A stretch of 64,000 nt of DNA, taken from the NCBI RefSeq assembly GCF_964204865.1, contig NC_135257.1, positions 23,126,001 to 23,190,000 of the forward strand. The letters run 5' to 3'. The DNA is from Styela clava. Its lineage: Eukaryota. The notes under the pieces were generated by a model. That model was not told the DNA's origin, did no database searches, and saw only the letters and a list, made by a program, of their open reading frames with translations. The position numbers were made by a program, and so were the translations under genes. How positions within the stretch are numbered: position 1 is the stretch's first letter; each line of letters starts with the position of its first letter. Below are positions 1 through 12,106 of the stretch, one piece after another.

Positions 1-265
1 GATACTTAGTGAATTTGAACTTACCCTAATAAAATCATTTCGAATTTGAAATAGTCGAACTGAGGTTTGGAAGCTGCAGTTTTCGCAATTTAAATAATCC
101 GGATTCCTTCTCTATGGATGCCCCTATATGTTTATGCAAGCATAGCACTTTCATGGCTTCTATTCATTTTTTCGCATTCGAGAACTACTATGACAAACGT
201 TTTTATAACTGCTGTTTTCAGAGACAATATATGAAATAAAATAAAATGCATTACTTTCTCACTAG

Positions 266-3200
266 ATTTGGCCGATGTACAAGACTTGAATAATAAGTTG
301 ATAAACGACAACGAAAAGATGGAAAAAGGTGAAATATGTTCACTAAAATTTTTTCTTGACAACATAATAGGATTTTCATGGAGCATTTCTTAAAGGTTGT
401 AAGTATCCGAGCAATATATTGAAAAGCGAAGAACCGCTTTATCAAAATGACACTGCTATTCGTAGCATTTGTTAACAATCTCTAAGATCTTGGGATTTTG
501 TGTTTGTCAGTAAAGAAGCATTATAAAGTATGAAATTAAAAATATTTCATGGCAGTTTTAATGAAGCGAGAGCATTATTCCAATAACTTTATTTGAAGAT
601 GTGATATTTCGTGAAACAACTGATACAAAACACAGAGAGCGAATAAGCTTATCCTGACTGTAATTTGAATTTACAAAAAACAATGACATTATTTTACCGA
701 ATGACTGTAAGAACTATTGTGAGCCTGTTTAAGATTAGTACACGTGTTCGATTATTTTCAGCTCTATACTCTAACTATGAAAAACGCTAGAAATGTGTGA
801 AATTGCGTGGCTGAAGTTTTATTGTATTAGCAAAAAGTAAATAGATCATGTGTAATATTAATATTAACATTTAGCGATATCCCGGATTGAGCAAAAACTT
901 GCTGTTACGGATAAGTCTCAAATGCTTCCAAGTAGATCCGAGCAGATAACTAGACCTACTCAAACAACATTGAAACCAACTCCTGCTTCAGGTGAATACT
1001 TTATTCAATCCAAGTTGTAGTTTATGAATATTTTATGAATAATCAACTTTAAAGTGGTCATAAATCAAAACGATATTTCTAAATTTGATGTAGCCGAAGC
1101 CGAGTAATGTCAGTAAGTGATAAATTTTATTGGATATTCACAACCAGAAAACAACAGACGCATTGCGTTATTGGCTTCATTGCATTTTCTCATGTCGGCA
1201 AGATTGATTTGGAATATTAAAGTTTTGTTTCAAGGTACCTGGTGCTTCTTCCACAATGCAACGATTGATTCAGCTCTTCCATTTCAGAAAACTGCAAATT
1301 AAAGGTCAGCAATATCTGCTATTTCGCTGTGATACGTGGTGAATATTATGCCTACGCCTACGACAAAGCAGTTGATATTTGTAAGAAACGTAACGCAGGT
1401 CTTGGTTTGATTCGAGATGAAGAATCCTACAGTGCGGTTATGAATTACTTGAGAAGTATTTCAAAGAGAAGGTCGTGGATTAATATCTGGACAGGAATTA
1501 AGATTGATCCAATGGTTAGTATCATATAGTTATGTCAATTATTCTCATCTGTAGGAATATAAAATATATTACGAGATGGGCAGAGTGTGAGGTGGTGAGA
1601 CACGGTCAAAAATGTTTGAGACATCTTGGGTTATTTTATCATCTACAACAGCGCAGGCGGTATATCGAATACATTTTTTAGGTTTTATCTGTTTCTGAAT
1701 CCGAGTAAATTTACTCAGAAGTTTTTGATTGTCTTGGCGTTAATGTTATCCGATATTTAAAAATTATACCAATATTAATTCCTCTTCAAGTTTACAACTT
1801 GGGCCTCAAACACAGCGCTGTAATGAAGCTTTGGAAATGGTAAATGAGCAAGCAAAAAAAAATATTGCTATATCTTAAATGATTTGCAATGCCACCAGTC
1901 TTACCACCAATATTTTATGAGTATCCCATTCATTTATGTCGGTGTCCCACCATAAATTAAATAATAGATACAAGTATATGAAGAAAATAGAGATGAAAAA
2001 CATTTGAAAGGTAAAAATCATAAAGACTAAGGTTAGCTCTGACGTAATCAAGTTGCTATGACACGGTTAAAGTTCTATGTGAAATACAAATGTGCTGCCC
2101 CATCCCATTCGCATGGACAAGCCTGTGTTTTACCACAAGTCTAAACTATTGAATCGCGCTGCTTGGCCCTGTTTCTCTATGAAGTTGACATGATCTTTAC
2201 ATTCGCTTTGTATAACTTGCTGCTTCGTCGTACATTGGAGATTATTTTTAGTTGATCCGCAACAACCTATTCATCTAATTCTATCAGAAGACACGTTTAG
2301 CACTCACTATCTCAGTGCGGGACAATTTGATTGCGGCCATTTTCGCATTCATGCTTCCAAACTTTCTTCGTGTTGCATCTGGTTTTGGCCTGCTTTTCGT
2401 CTATTTTAGCACCGATTTCTCCGCATATGGATGTATATGCGACACTTTCTGGATATTCAAATACAATTAAATTCAAGTTGGGAATTTAGAGCCTGATGTG
2501 GATCTCGTTCTTGAGAAAGTTTGGTTGTTCATGCGATTACGCAATATATATATGTGAAAGCAATTGTTTTTGCCGGTTTCATTACATTTTAACCCACGCA
2601 CATTTGAACCCGTAATTTGAAGCCACGACAATTGCACCTGACACCCATGAATTCTAATCTATAGGTTTTAGCACCCTCATATAGATTGAACCCGCGGATA
2701 TACGGGTGCAAATGTATGAGTTCAAATGAACGGTCACCCTTTTCGACTGATATCATAATAAAAACGCAATAACTTCCACGGGAAACATTTCACCTAAGTC
2801 TTCGGTTGAGAGCGAAGCACACTTTAGTTGGTACTATCGTAGGGTGCGTACCAGGTTGGGGTTAGGTAATAATTTTTCTGATTTACCTTATTTTTTCTGA
2901 TTTACCTTATTTTTTCTGATTTACCTTATTTGCGTTCTATCACGAGTTCGGGTACTGTTTGTGTTATCCAGATTCCCTGCCCATAGGTTTCAGTCCTTTC
3001 ACAAAACTTGATGTAAAGTAGGCGAACAGAATTAGTTACCTACATATTGGTAGACACATTTCTGGAGCTCCCTTTAGTTCCATTTAGATGCCACGCAATG
3101 ATATTGAGATCGCCACGCAAAATACTTACGGCGATATAATATGGCCAAATACTAGTGAATGGGGAAGCGATTCCGAAAAGCCATCTTGGTTAATGTTCTG

Positions 3201-4153
3201 TGGTCGTTATTGTTCGCTTTTAACTGATACGTTGGCCATATTGTTAATCCACGACATATGCAAATTGAAAAAAATAACCAAACTTGGAACCGTATGGTGG
3301 GCTGGGATATATTAGCGTTTGATACATCATGAAAAACGAATCAAGATCGGGAGAATATGCAAGAAAAATCGACGTAAATGGTCAAATCCCATAAGGAAAT
3401 GCATTACGCATCTCGGAAAAGTTGGAAGTCTATCGACTAAACAAGCGAGTCTTCATTTTGGTCCCGCGGAAATGAGAAAGAATCCCATTCTTTATTTATA
3501 TATCTCTGTGGTTGCACTGAACTGCTTCAAGTTTTATCTAACAGTAATTGTGCAATATTATAGTTTTGGAAAAGCCTTCGCCCAGAGCATGAACATGAAG
3601 TACTACATGGAAAGGCAAGAGAGATTAGAAATATTTGCATTTGCTTTTGACCAAGCATGGATCAATGATAATATGTATTGTTTCACCTAATCATCAGAAG
3701 ACTGGTCTTGCACTGAACTGCGTAGAGTCATAAAGGAATTGTGCAGTGCAATAGTTTTAGACAAATCTTTACCAAGCGTATGAACATGAAGTTTTAAATA
3801 TTATCATATGAGAGACTAGAAATACTTGCATTTACATTTGCCCAAGTATGGATCGATAATAATATATCGTATTTTGATGAAAAATTTCATGAAAAACGTC
3901 ATTTATGACTATAAATGCGTGATCATGCTTGATTTAGTGATAAACGCCATCTGATTTTCTTTAGACTGGTGACGTCACACCTGCATATTCATTCACTAAA
4001 TGGTCTCCAGGTTATCCAAAAACGGGAATTGAATATAAAGATCGCACAAATGTTTATCTCCATGTTGATGCATACCAGAATCGTCGTCAAGGGATGGTGA
4101 ATGGTCCTCCTACCTGGGAGCGTAATGGAGTTATTTGTGAGATCCTGATATAA
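266..4153 (+). CDS. Copy A: secreted coiled-coil/C-type lectin-like protein, 3' part (5' exons lie before the window)
   Basis: AG/GT-bounded exons in frame: 266-328 (DLADVQDLNNKLINDNEKMEK), 875-991 (AISRIEQKLAV...TTLKPTPAS), 1288-1514 (ENCKLKVSNICYF...AVDICKKRNA...IWTG...DPM), 3965-4153 (TGDVTPAYSFTKW...GVICEILI*). CTLD hallmarks: C-x7-CY, A-x3-C, WTG (WIG-like), terminal ICE. Confidence 0.85.
2575..2738. repeat. Short palindromic interspersed element (ACATTTGAACCC...GGGTTCAAATGT)
   Basis: Copies at 2575-2738, ~10616-10780 and ~54733-54900, plus an independent inverted copy at ~41012-41214 nested in the Charlie element. Confidence 0.65.
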
Positions 4154-6892
4154 TGAAATGTCTGTCTGGTTGTATTTTGTTCCTTTATTATCAATGAAAT
4201 ATAAATCTGTGAATTCTAATTGAAATTTATACGATTAGCCTTACGCTGATCCATGTCGTTATCACAGCTATAATAAGGTAAATTAAATTATGATCATTTT
4301 TAAACTGTTAATATTAAATTCATCTAAGCGTAAAGATGATTCCTACTTTTTGAAATTTTCCAACAATTTATTCAATATCATATTTTATCGGGGGATTTTT
4401 ATAGGGTTAATTCAAAAAAATTGTTTCTTTTTGTTGATCTTACTATACTGAGTGGACAAAGGCCTAATTTGAGTAAAGTTTGAAGATTTATTTGCGTGAT
4501 TTTGGAATTTGAGAAATTTTTAATCATAATAAAATCAGCTTATGTGCAAAATCTTTGTTTTTTCTGCTTATGTTCCTCAGAGGAATCATGTTGATCACGA
4601 AATAGGTTTGTGAAATTAGGATAATTTATTTCGTGAGAACACAAGGACTGGAATTAATTGAATGAGCAAAAAGATGAAAACGTTTACCGAATTGTTTGAA
4701 CAATGAGTGCTCACATAACATATTTCGATCGTGGTGTCAGATCGTCTATACAAGTTAATTTGAAACCCGTCGCCAGTTTTACTACTTGACAAATGGTTAC
4801 CAAAAGTTCTACTGGCCCGAAAACGAAACTCAGTCGCATTCTAAACGCCGTTTTATTCACTTAGACAGGGCTAGATTCTATTATTTAAATATTGATGAAA
4901 ATACCGCAAAATGAATACCGGCTGTGCAAATCATCGCAAACAATGAATGAATGAATATGATATGATTTGTATCTTTTGTTTCCGGTAGTCCTCCGTTTTT
5001 CAATGACAGTGACAATCACCAATTTTTGACAATATGATGGGATACAGGACAGGATATAGATAGTGAAAAATTTAACTTACTTGGAATGTGAAATTGGTAA
5101 ATTAAACAATAGGAAAACAGATATCTTCAAAGAATAAATCGTGAAAATAGCGGATTGAAATAATTCCATGATACATTGCCTCATAAACAACCTTCTATCG
5201 CGCTTGTGAACAACCTGTGTAGGTTTGTGGGGATACTTATGTGCAAGGGTTTCAAGAATGTGGAACGATGACCTCATACTCACATACTGAGACAAATAGC
5301 AGAAAAATTTGAATAAATTAGAACCGTTGTGATCAGATGAAATTGGCATCGTTTCTGACAAGATGTTTAACCTCTTATTTTGTCCGTCCCGCCGGAGTTC
5401 AGTTTCACAATTTGACAAAGATAGGATTAAAGCTTTGTGCAAGTAGACACAAGTGCGTGAAGATTTACTATGTTTTTGGAAAGACCGGAAATTTTTCAGA
5501 ACGGATAAATTTAATACACCTCAAAGTTAAGTATAAAAACAAAGAGTTGGTAAATGAGTGGGTACTAAGATACATCCAGTGGTTTCGGATTTCAAGCCCT
5601 TTTTCATGCATATTTGTTTTCAACTTAATTCATTGCACTTCCTTGCACGTTATTTTTTCCTCCATATCCTCCAGTCACGCTCCAGTGGTTTTTTAAAGGC
5701 TTCCGAGACGTCGTATCGAAAATGTAAAGACATGGGCGTGGCTAGAAAAATTATCCGAATCATTTGTAAGTAGAATTTGGTTCCTCACACGCCCCAGTGA
5801 TTTTGGCCTGTTGAGGGTCTCTGAGAGATTTTGGAATCTGAAGAGATGAATATGACTGCAAATATTGTTTGAATAATTTGTAAACAGAGTTTTGTTACTC
5901 CCCAGTCACGCTCCATTGATTTTATATTATATCTCGAGAACGGTAATAGGTAGAGATGCCATATTTAGGTGATACAAGGTAATTGAGGTCAAGTTTCGTC
6001 ACTGATGAGTGATCACAGACACCAAAATTGATAAAAATCGACTTCAATTAGTGGTGACCGGTTTATGATGTGTTATTGGAACAAATCAACGGTCAAAAGA
6101 ATTTGGGGGTAGCACGCTGGACGAATTTATGTCATTCGTCAGGCGCAGCGACCTTCGTTTTTTTCATCGCACACCGAAGGAAAGTCCGCTTTTTAACTTG
6201 TCCAGAACTTTTTTTTACGATTTCCCTCGCAGGTAGCAACAAAGGAGCGACCTCCCCTCGGTGGCTTTAGGAGACAGAAATATAGGCTGATAGATTATGT
6301 CAACGTCCAATATGGACATACTCTGGAAATTTCGGACAATAACAAAAAATTTTGTATACAAGGGGAGATAAGATGAGAAGAGGGCAAGCACACAATGTGC
6401 TTTTTATGCCATTTAAACAAAGCTACCCCTTATCTATAGATGCTCATCGCTACTATAAGGATATGCTGTTATAAAATTATATGTCCTTTTTAATATTGCC
6501 ATATTGCGTGTGGATAAGCTATGCCATCTTTAAAAAGTCTAAGCCGATTCTGAGAAAGATCATTTTTAAGGTTTTCTACGCATCTTTTAGAAAAAATATG
6601 CCTTTGCTCTAATCGACCACGTTTAGTAGGATTAAACGCCTTTACAAAACGTCCATGTCTATTATGAATTTTCAATGTCGCTTTTGAATGATCTTTTCTT
6701 ATTCTATAAATGCTAGTATGCTACGCTCCTTCTGAATTTTTACTGACTCGGCTACAAATAGCGTTGTCTGATGTATGTAGTTTTCGAAATAAATCAAACT
6801 TTGCCTGCGCACGTTTGACATAACTTTTTATTTCTAATTAGAATTTTTCTTCATTCATTAATACTTTACTGAAACTACACTGAAACCGAGAG

Positions 6893-9800
6893 ATGAAAAT
6901 CTCAATCGGGTTTTATCTTAATTTACGTCTTCGCTCCATCCTGGAGTCAAGATGAAACAGTGTTCCACTGCTTTCCCAAGCCGGGTTGCAAGATTGCACA
7001 ATGTGATCCAGTTGCTGTAGGATGGAACAGACCAGGTTTCAACATTGATCAACATCTACATGACAAAGAGTTTCCGATTACATGCAAATCCAAGCTTGCG
7101 CTACATTCTCGAAATACTGCTGACTTGTTTCCTTTAGTTTCCAGGAATATTTTAGGCAAGTATGATAGTTGTTGAAGAACCTCGTTCGATTAGATATAAA
7201 AACCTATGAAAACATTGGAAAGGATACCGTTTACAATTTTTATTTTAGGTTATATAATAAAAATATTTTTTTTATCCGGTAGATCTGAATCCATAAACAT
7301 ATAGGACAGCATAGAACATTGAGTGCAGAATCAAATCTTTGCATTTGGACATGGCATCAAAGTGTTATCATTTACCAACGATTATATTTGTAATCTGATA
7401 AAATGATATAAATTTATATTAATGAGTTTTCTATCTTCATCCAGATATTAGAAATATCAGATCAGATTTAAAGGAACTGGAAGAAAACTTCAAAAATAAA
7501 ATGGAAAAAATTGATGTTTCTGGAAATGACGGTTAGAATCATTGACAAATAGCTAGGAATATGTCCACAAATACTCAAATGTATGTAAAGTTTCTTTAAA
7601 AAGGTTTGTGGTCCTAAAGAAAATTGAACTGAAATTCAAGATGTTTAAAACAGAGTTTATTTTTCAACAGCAAGTGGCAACAAGTTTGAAGAACAATCAG
7701 CAAAAATTAACAAACTTGAAGGGAAGGTTGAAAAGCAATCTGGCGAAATGAAGAAATTGAAGAAAGGTTAGTTATATATTCGTCTACAGATGAGAGTGTA
7801 TTAGCTGAACCATTGAGAACAAATCAAAATTATGAAAATAGAATGATAAACTTTTATGAAACACGAGGGAAATAATTCAAATCGTGTCTATTAGAAATGT
7901 TCAATGAATACAGTTCACGCTTTCGTTGAACCTATTAAACGCAAAGTATCAGTGTCGACCCCTCTAACATTGACAATCGTGATTGTGAGACTCAATTGGC
8001 AGCTGAAATCGGAGAGTGCGGTACAAAACGCAACAAAAACTGCGCAACATTCTATTGAGATCAAAGATTTGAAAAAAGGTTGTTGCACATTTCTGACTGG
8101 TGAAGTTTTTTTTAGTCTCTTTTCTAGTATTTGAACCTGATGAAGCCAAAGGTTTTATTGCGTCAAAGTAATTAATTTAGCAAAGTCAGAATCTAATATG
8201 TTTCGAATATGTTGGGTCACAAATGCAGTTCTCTGAGAGTTGGGTTTTGCAGTCGTGGAAAATCATTCAATATCTCACTCGACTCAGAAGTGCTCTGAAC
8301 TCTCTCCGACTTTTTGAATATCCATGTATTTATAAAAAGCTACACTGACTGACTCAATATTATATTTCATTTCTTAGATTTGGTTGAAGTTCAACAGACG
8401 AATAAAATTTTGGTGGAAAAATTGTTTGAACAAAAGAAAACAAGCGACGAAATGAAGAAAGGTAAATTAAGTAAATTAATCGATGAGGATATGATCCATT
8501 AAAGCTAACAATCATGATAGGTAACTACTATCACAAAAACGTTTTTAAGCTGATGTTTCACGAACAATATACGGAACAAAGAATATTAAATATTGTATTC
8601 TGAACTTCTAAATGTTATTTCTTCATTAGATTTGGTTCAAGTTCAACAAACAAATATAAATTTGATAAAAGAATTGGATCGCATGAAGAAAACCATCGAT
8701 GAGATATCGAAAGGTATTTTTATGTTATTTTAGATCACCGGAATACAGGCAAGCGCAATAGTTGATAAGTTACAAAATAGAAAACCGCTTGCTCAGGTTA
8801 GCAGTTTTTAAATTAGAAACTTTTTTTATTCATATTTTCCCACGAACTAATTTATACCAAAGTATATTTTCAATTAATTGAGCGGAAAGTGCGCATGTTT
8901 CTGGCTTTTGAATGGAAAAATTGTAGGAAACCGGTCTAAATGACATTATTTCCACGACGGACTACCTTTTTGAGCCTGTCTAAGAACAATAAATTTGAAA
9001 AACAACAAAGACTGACACAACATTGGAACTGATTCTTTCTCCAGTTAAGTACTTTATCCAATATAAGTTGTAGTTTATGAATATTTGACGAATTATTCGC
9101 ATTATATCGTTTATCCAATATTGCATTTTTTTAAATTATTCAATCCAGGAAGAATATGAGCAATATATGCATTCCCAAATACGACCAGATGAGTCGACTA
9201 ATTTGATCAGATTGGAATATATTGAAATATTGTTAGAAGTTCCTTTGCTTCTTATTTGTAGCAACGATTTTTTGAAAAACATTACTTGTTTGATTTTGAA
9301 TTTTCAAATAAATTGTTGTTTCATTTCAGGAAACTGCGAACTAAAGGTTGGAAATAACTGCTATTTCGCTGTGATACGTGATGATATGGATGTCAACTAC
9401 GACAAAGCAGTTGATATTTGTAAGAAACGTAACGCAGATGTTGGTTTGATTCGAGATGAAGAATCTTACAATGCAATTGTGAATTACACGAGAAGGAATA
9501 TGCCAAAGGAAAAGAAGTGGGTTCAAATATGGACAAGAATTAAGATTAATCCAATGGTTAGTATCATATAGTTATGTCAATTAATCTCATCTGTAGGAAT
9601 ATAAAAGATATTACGAGATGGGCAGAGTGTGAGGTGATGAGACACGGTCAAAAATGTTTGAGAAATCTTGGGTTAGTTTATCATCTACAACAGCGCAGGC
9701 GGTATATCGAATACATTTTTTAGGTTTTATCTGTTTCTGAATCCGAGTAAATTTACTCAGAAGTTTTTGATTGTCTTGGCGTTAATGTTATCCGATATTT

Positions 9801-12106
9801 AAAAATTTTACCAATATTAATTCCACTTCAAGTTTACAACTTGGGCCTCAAACACAGCGCTGTAATGAAGCTTTGGAAATGGTAAATGAGCAAGCAAAAA
9901 AAAATATTGCTATATCTTAAATGATTTGCAATGCCACCAGTCTTACCACCAATATTTTATGAGTATCCCATTCATTTATATCGGTGTCCCACCATAAATT
10001 AAATTTTAGATACAAGTATATGAAGAAAAAGGAGAGGAAAAACATTTGAAAGGTAAAAATCATAAAGACTAAGGTTAGCTCTGACGTAATCAAGTTGCTA
10101 TGACACGGTTAAAGTTCTATGTGAAATACAAATGTGCTGCCCCATTCCATTCGCGTGGACACGCCTGTGTTTTACCACAAGTCTAAACTATTGAATCGCG
10201 CTGCTTGGCCCTGTTTCTCTATGAAGTTGACATGATCTTTACATTCGCTTTGTATAACTTGCGGCTTCATCGTACATTGGAAGTTATTTCCAGTTGTTCC
10301 GCAACAACCTATTCATCTAATTCTATCAGAAGACACGTGTAGCACTCACTATCTCAGTGCGGGACAATTTGATTGCGGCCATTTTCGCATTTATGCTTCC
10401 AAACTTTCTTCGTGTTGCATCTGGTTTTGGCCTGCTTTTCGTCTATTTTAGTACCGAGTTCTCCGCATATGGATGTATATGCGACACTTTCTGGATATTC
10501 AAATACAATTAAATTCAAGTTGGGAATTTAGAGCCTGATGTGGATCTCGTTCTTGAGAAAGTTTGGTTGTTCATGCGATTACGCAATATATATATGTGAA
10601 AGCAATTGTTTTTGCCGGTTTCATTACATTTTAACCCACGCACATTTGAACCCGTAATTTGAACCCACGACAATTGCACCTGACACCCATGAATTCTAAT
10701 CTATAGGTTTTAGCACCCTCATATAGATTGAACCCGCGGATATACGGGTGCAAATGTATGGGTTCAAATGAACGGTCACCCTTTTCGACTGATATCATAA
10801 TAAAAACGCAATAACTTCCACGGGAAACATTTCACCTAAGTCTTTGGTTGAAGGCGAAGCACACTTTGGTTGGTACTATCGTAGTGTGCGTACCAGGTTG
10901 GGGTTAGGCAATAATTTTTCTCATTTACCTTATTTTTCTGATTTATCTTATTTTTTCTGATTTACCTTATTTGCGTTCTATCACGAGTTCGGGTACTGTT
11001 TGTGTTATCCAGATTCCCTGCCCATATGTTTCAGTCCTTTCACAAAACTTGATGTAAAGTAGGCGAACAGAATTAGTTACCTATATATTGGTAGACACAT
11101 TTCTGGAGCTCCCTTTAGTTCCATTTAGATGCCACGCAATGATATTGAGATCGCCACGCAAAATACTTACGGCGATATAATATGGCCAAATACTAGTGAA
11201 TGGGGAAGCGATTCCGAAAAGCCATCTTGGTTAATGTTCTGTGGTTGTTATTGTTCGCTTTTAACTGATACGTTGGCCATATTGTTAATCCACGACATAT
11301 GCAAATTGAAAAAAAAATAACCAAACTTGGAACCGTATGGTGGGCTGGGATATATTAGCGTTTGATACATCATGAAAAACGAATCAAAATCGGGAGAATA
11401 TGCAAGAAAAATCGACGTAAATGATCAAATCCCATAAGAAATGCATTACGCATCTTGGAAAAGTTGGAAGTCTATCGACTAAACAAGCGAGTCTTCATTT
11501 TGGTCCCGCGGAAATGAGAAAGAATCCCATTCTTTATTTAAATATCTCTGTGGTTGCACTGAACTGCTTCAAGTTTAATCTAACAGTAATTGTGCAATAT
11601 TATAGTTTTGGAAAAGCCTTCGCCTAGAGCATGAACATGAAGTACTACATGGAAAGGCAAGAGAGATTAGAAATATTTGCATTTACTTTTGACTAAGCAT
11701 GGATCAAGAATATATATATCACAGTCGCTTCACATAATCATCAGAAGACTCGTCTTGCACTGAACTGCGTAGAGTCATAAAGGAATTGTGCAGTGCAATA
11801 GTTTTAGACAAATCTTTACCAAGCGTATGAACATGAAGTTTTAAATATTATCATATGAGAGACTAGAAATACTTGCATTTACATTCGACCAAGCATGGAT
11901 CAATAATAATATATCGTATTTTGATGAAAAATTTCATGAAAAACATCATTCATGACTATAAATGCGTGATCATGCTCGATTCAGTGATAAACGCCATCTG
12001 ATTTTTTTAGACTGGTGACGTCACACCTGCATATTCATTCACTAAATGGTATTCAGATTATCCAGTCACGGGAATTCATTATAAAGTAAGATTTGTGAGA
12101 TCCTGA
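6893..12106 (+). pseudogene. Copy B: pseudogene of the coiled-coil/CTLD family
   Basis: Exons 6893-7155 (+1 frameshift at 6908-6914, TGA at 6953-6955), 7445-7531, 7671-7766, 8378-8461, 8630-8713, relic linker ~9002-9046 with dead donor, CTLD 9330-9556, and last exon 12011-12106, where 92 nt of the A sequence are replaced by 4 nt (frameshift, loses the C-terminal CTLD strands and final Cys). Confidence 0.85.

Noticed and set aside
3088-3690. ORFs MPRNDIEI... and MIHHEKRI... recurring three times
   Set aside because: They lie within the duplicated CTLD intron and are frameshifted or truncated differently among copies. Recurrence reflects DNA duplication, not coding constraint.
7950-8078. Additional neck exon in B/F (...QHSIEIKDLKK|G)
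   Set aside because: The 3' end resembles a neck exon, but the nearest good acceptor (8000-8002) is phase 0 and incompatible. Probably a relic, so not included in the models. A similar relic lies at ~37240-37305 in D.
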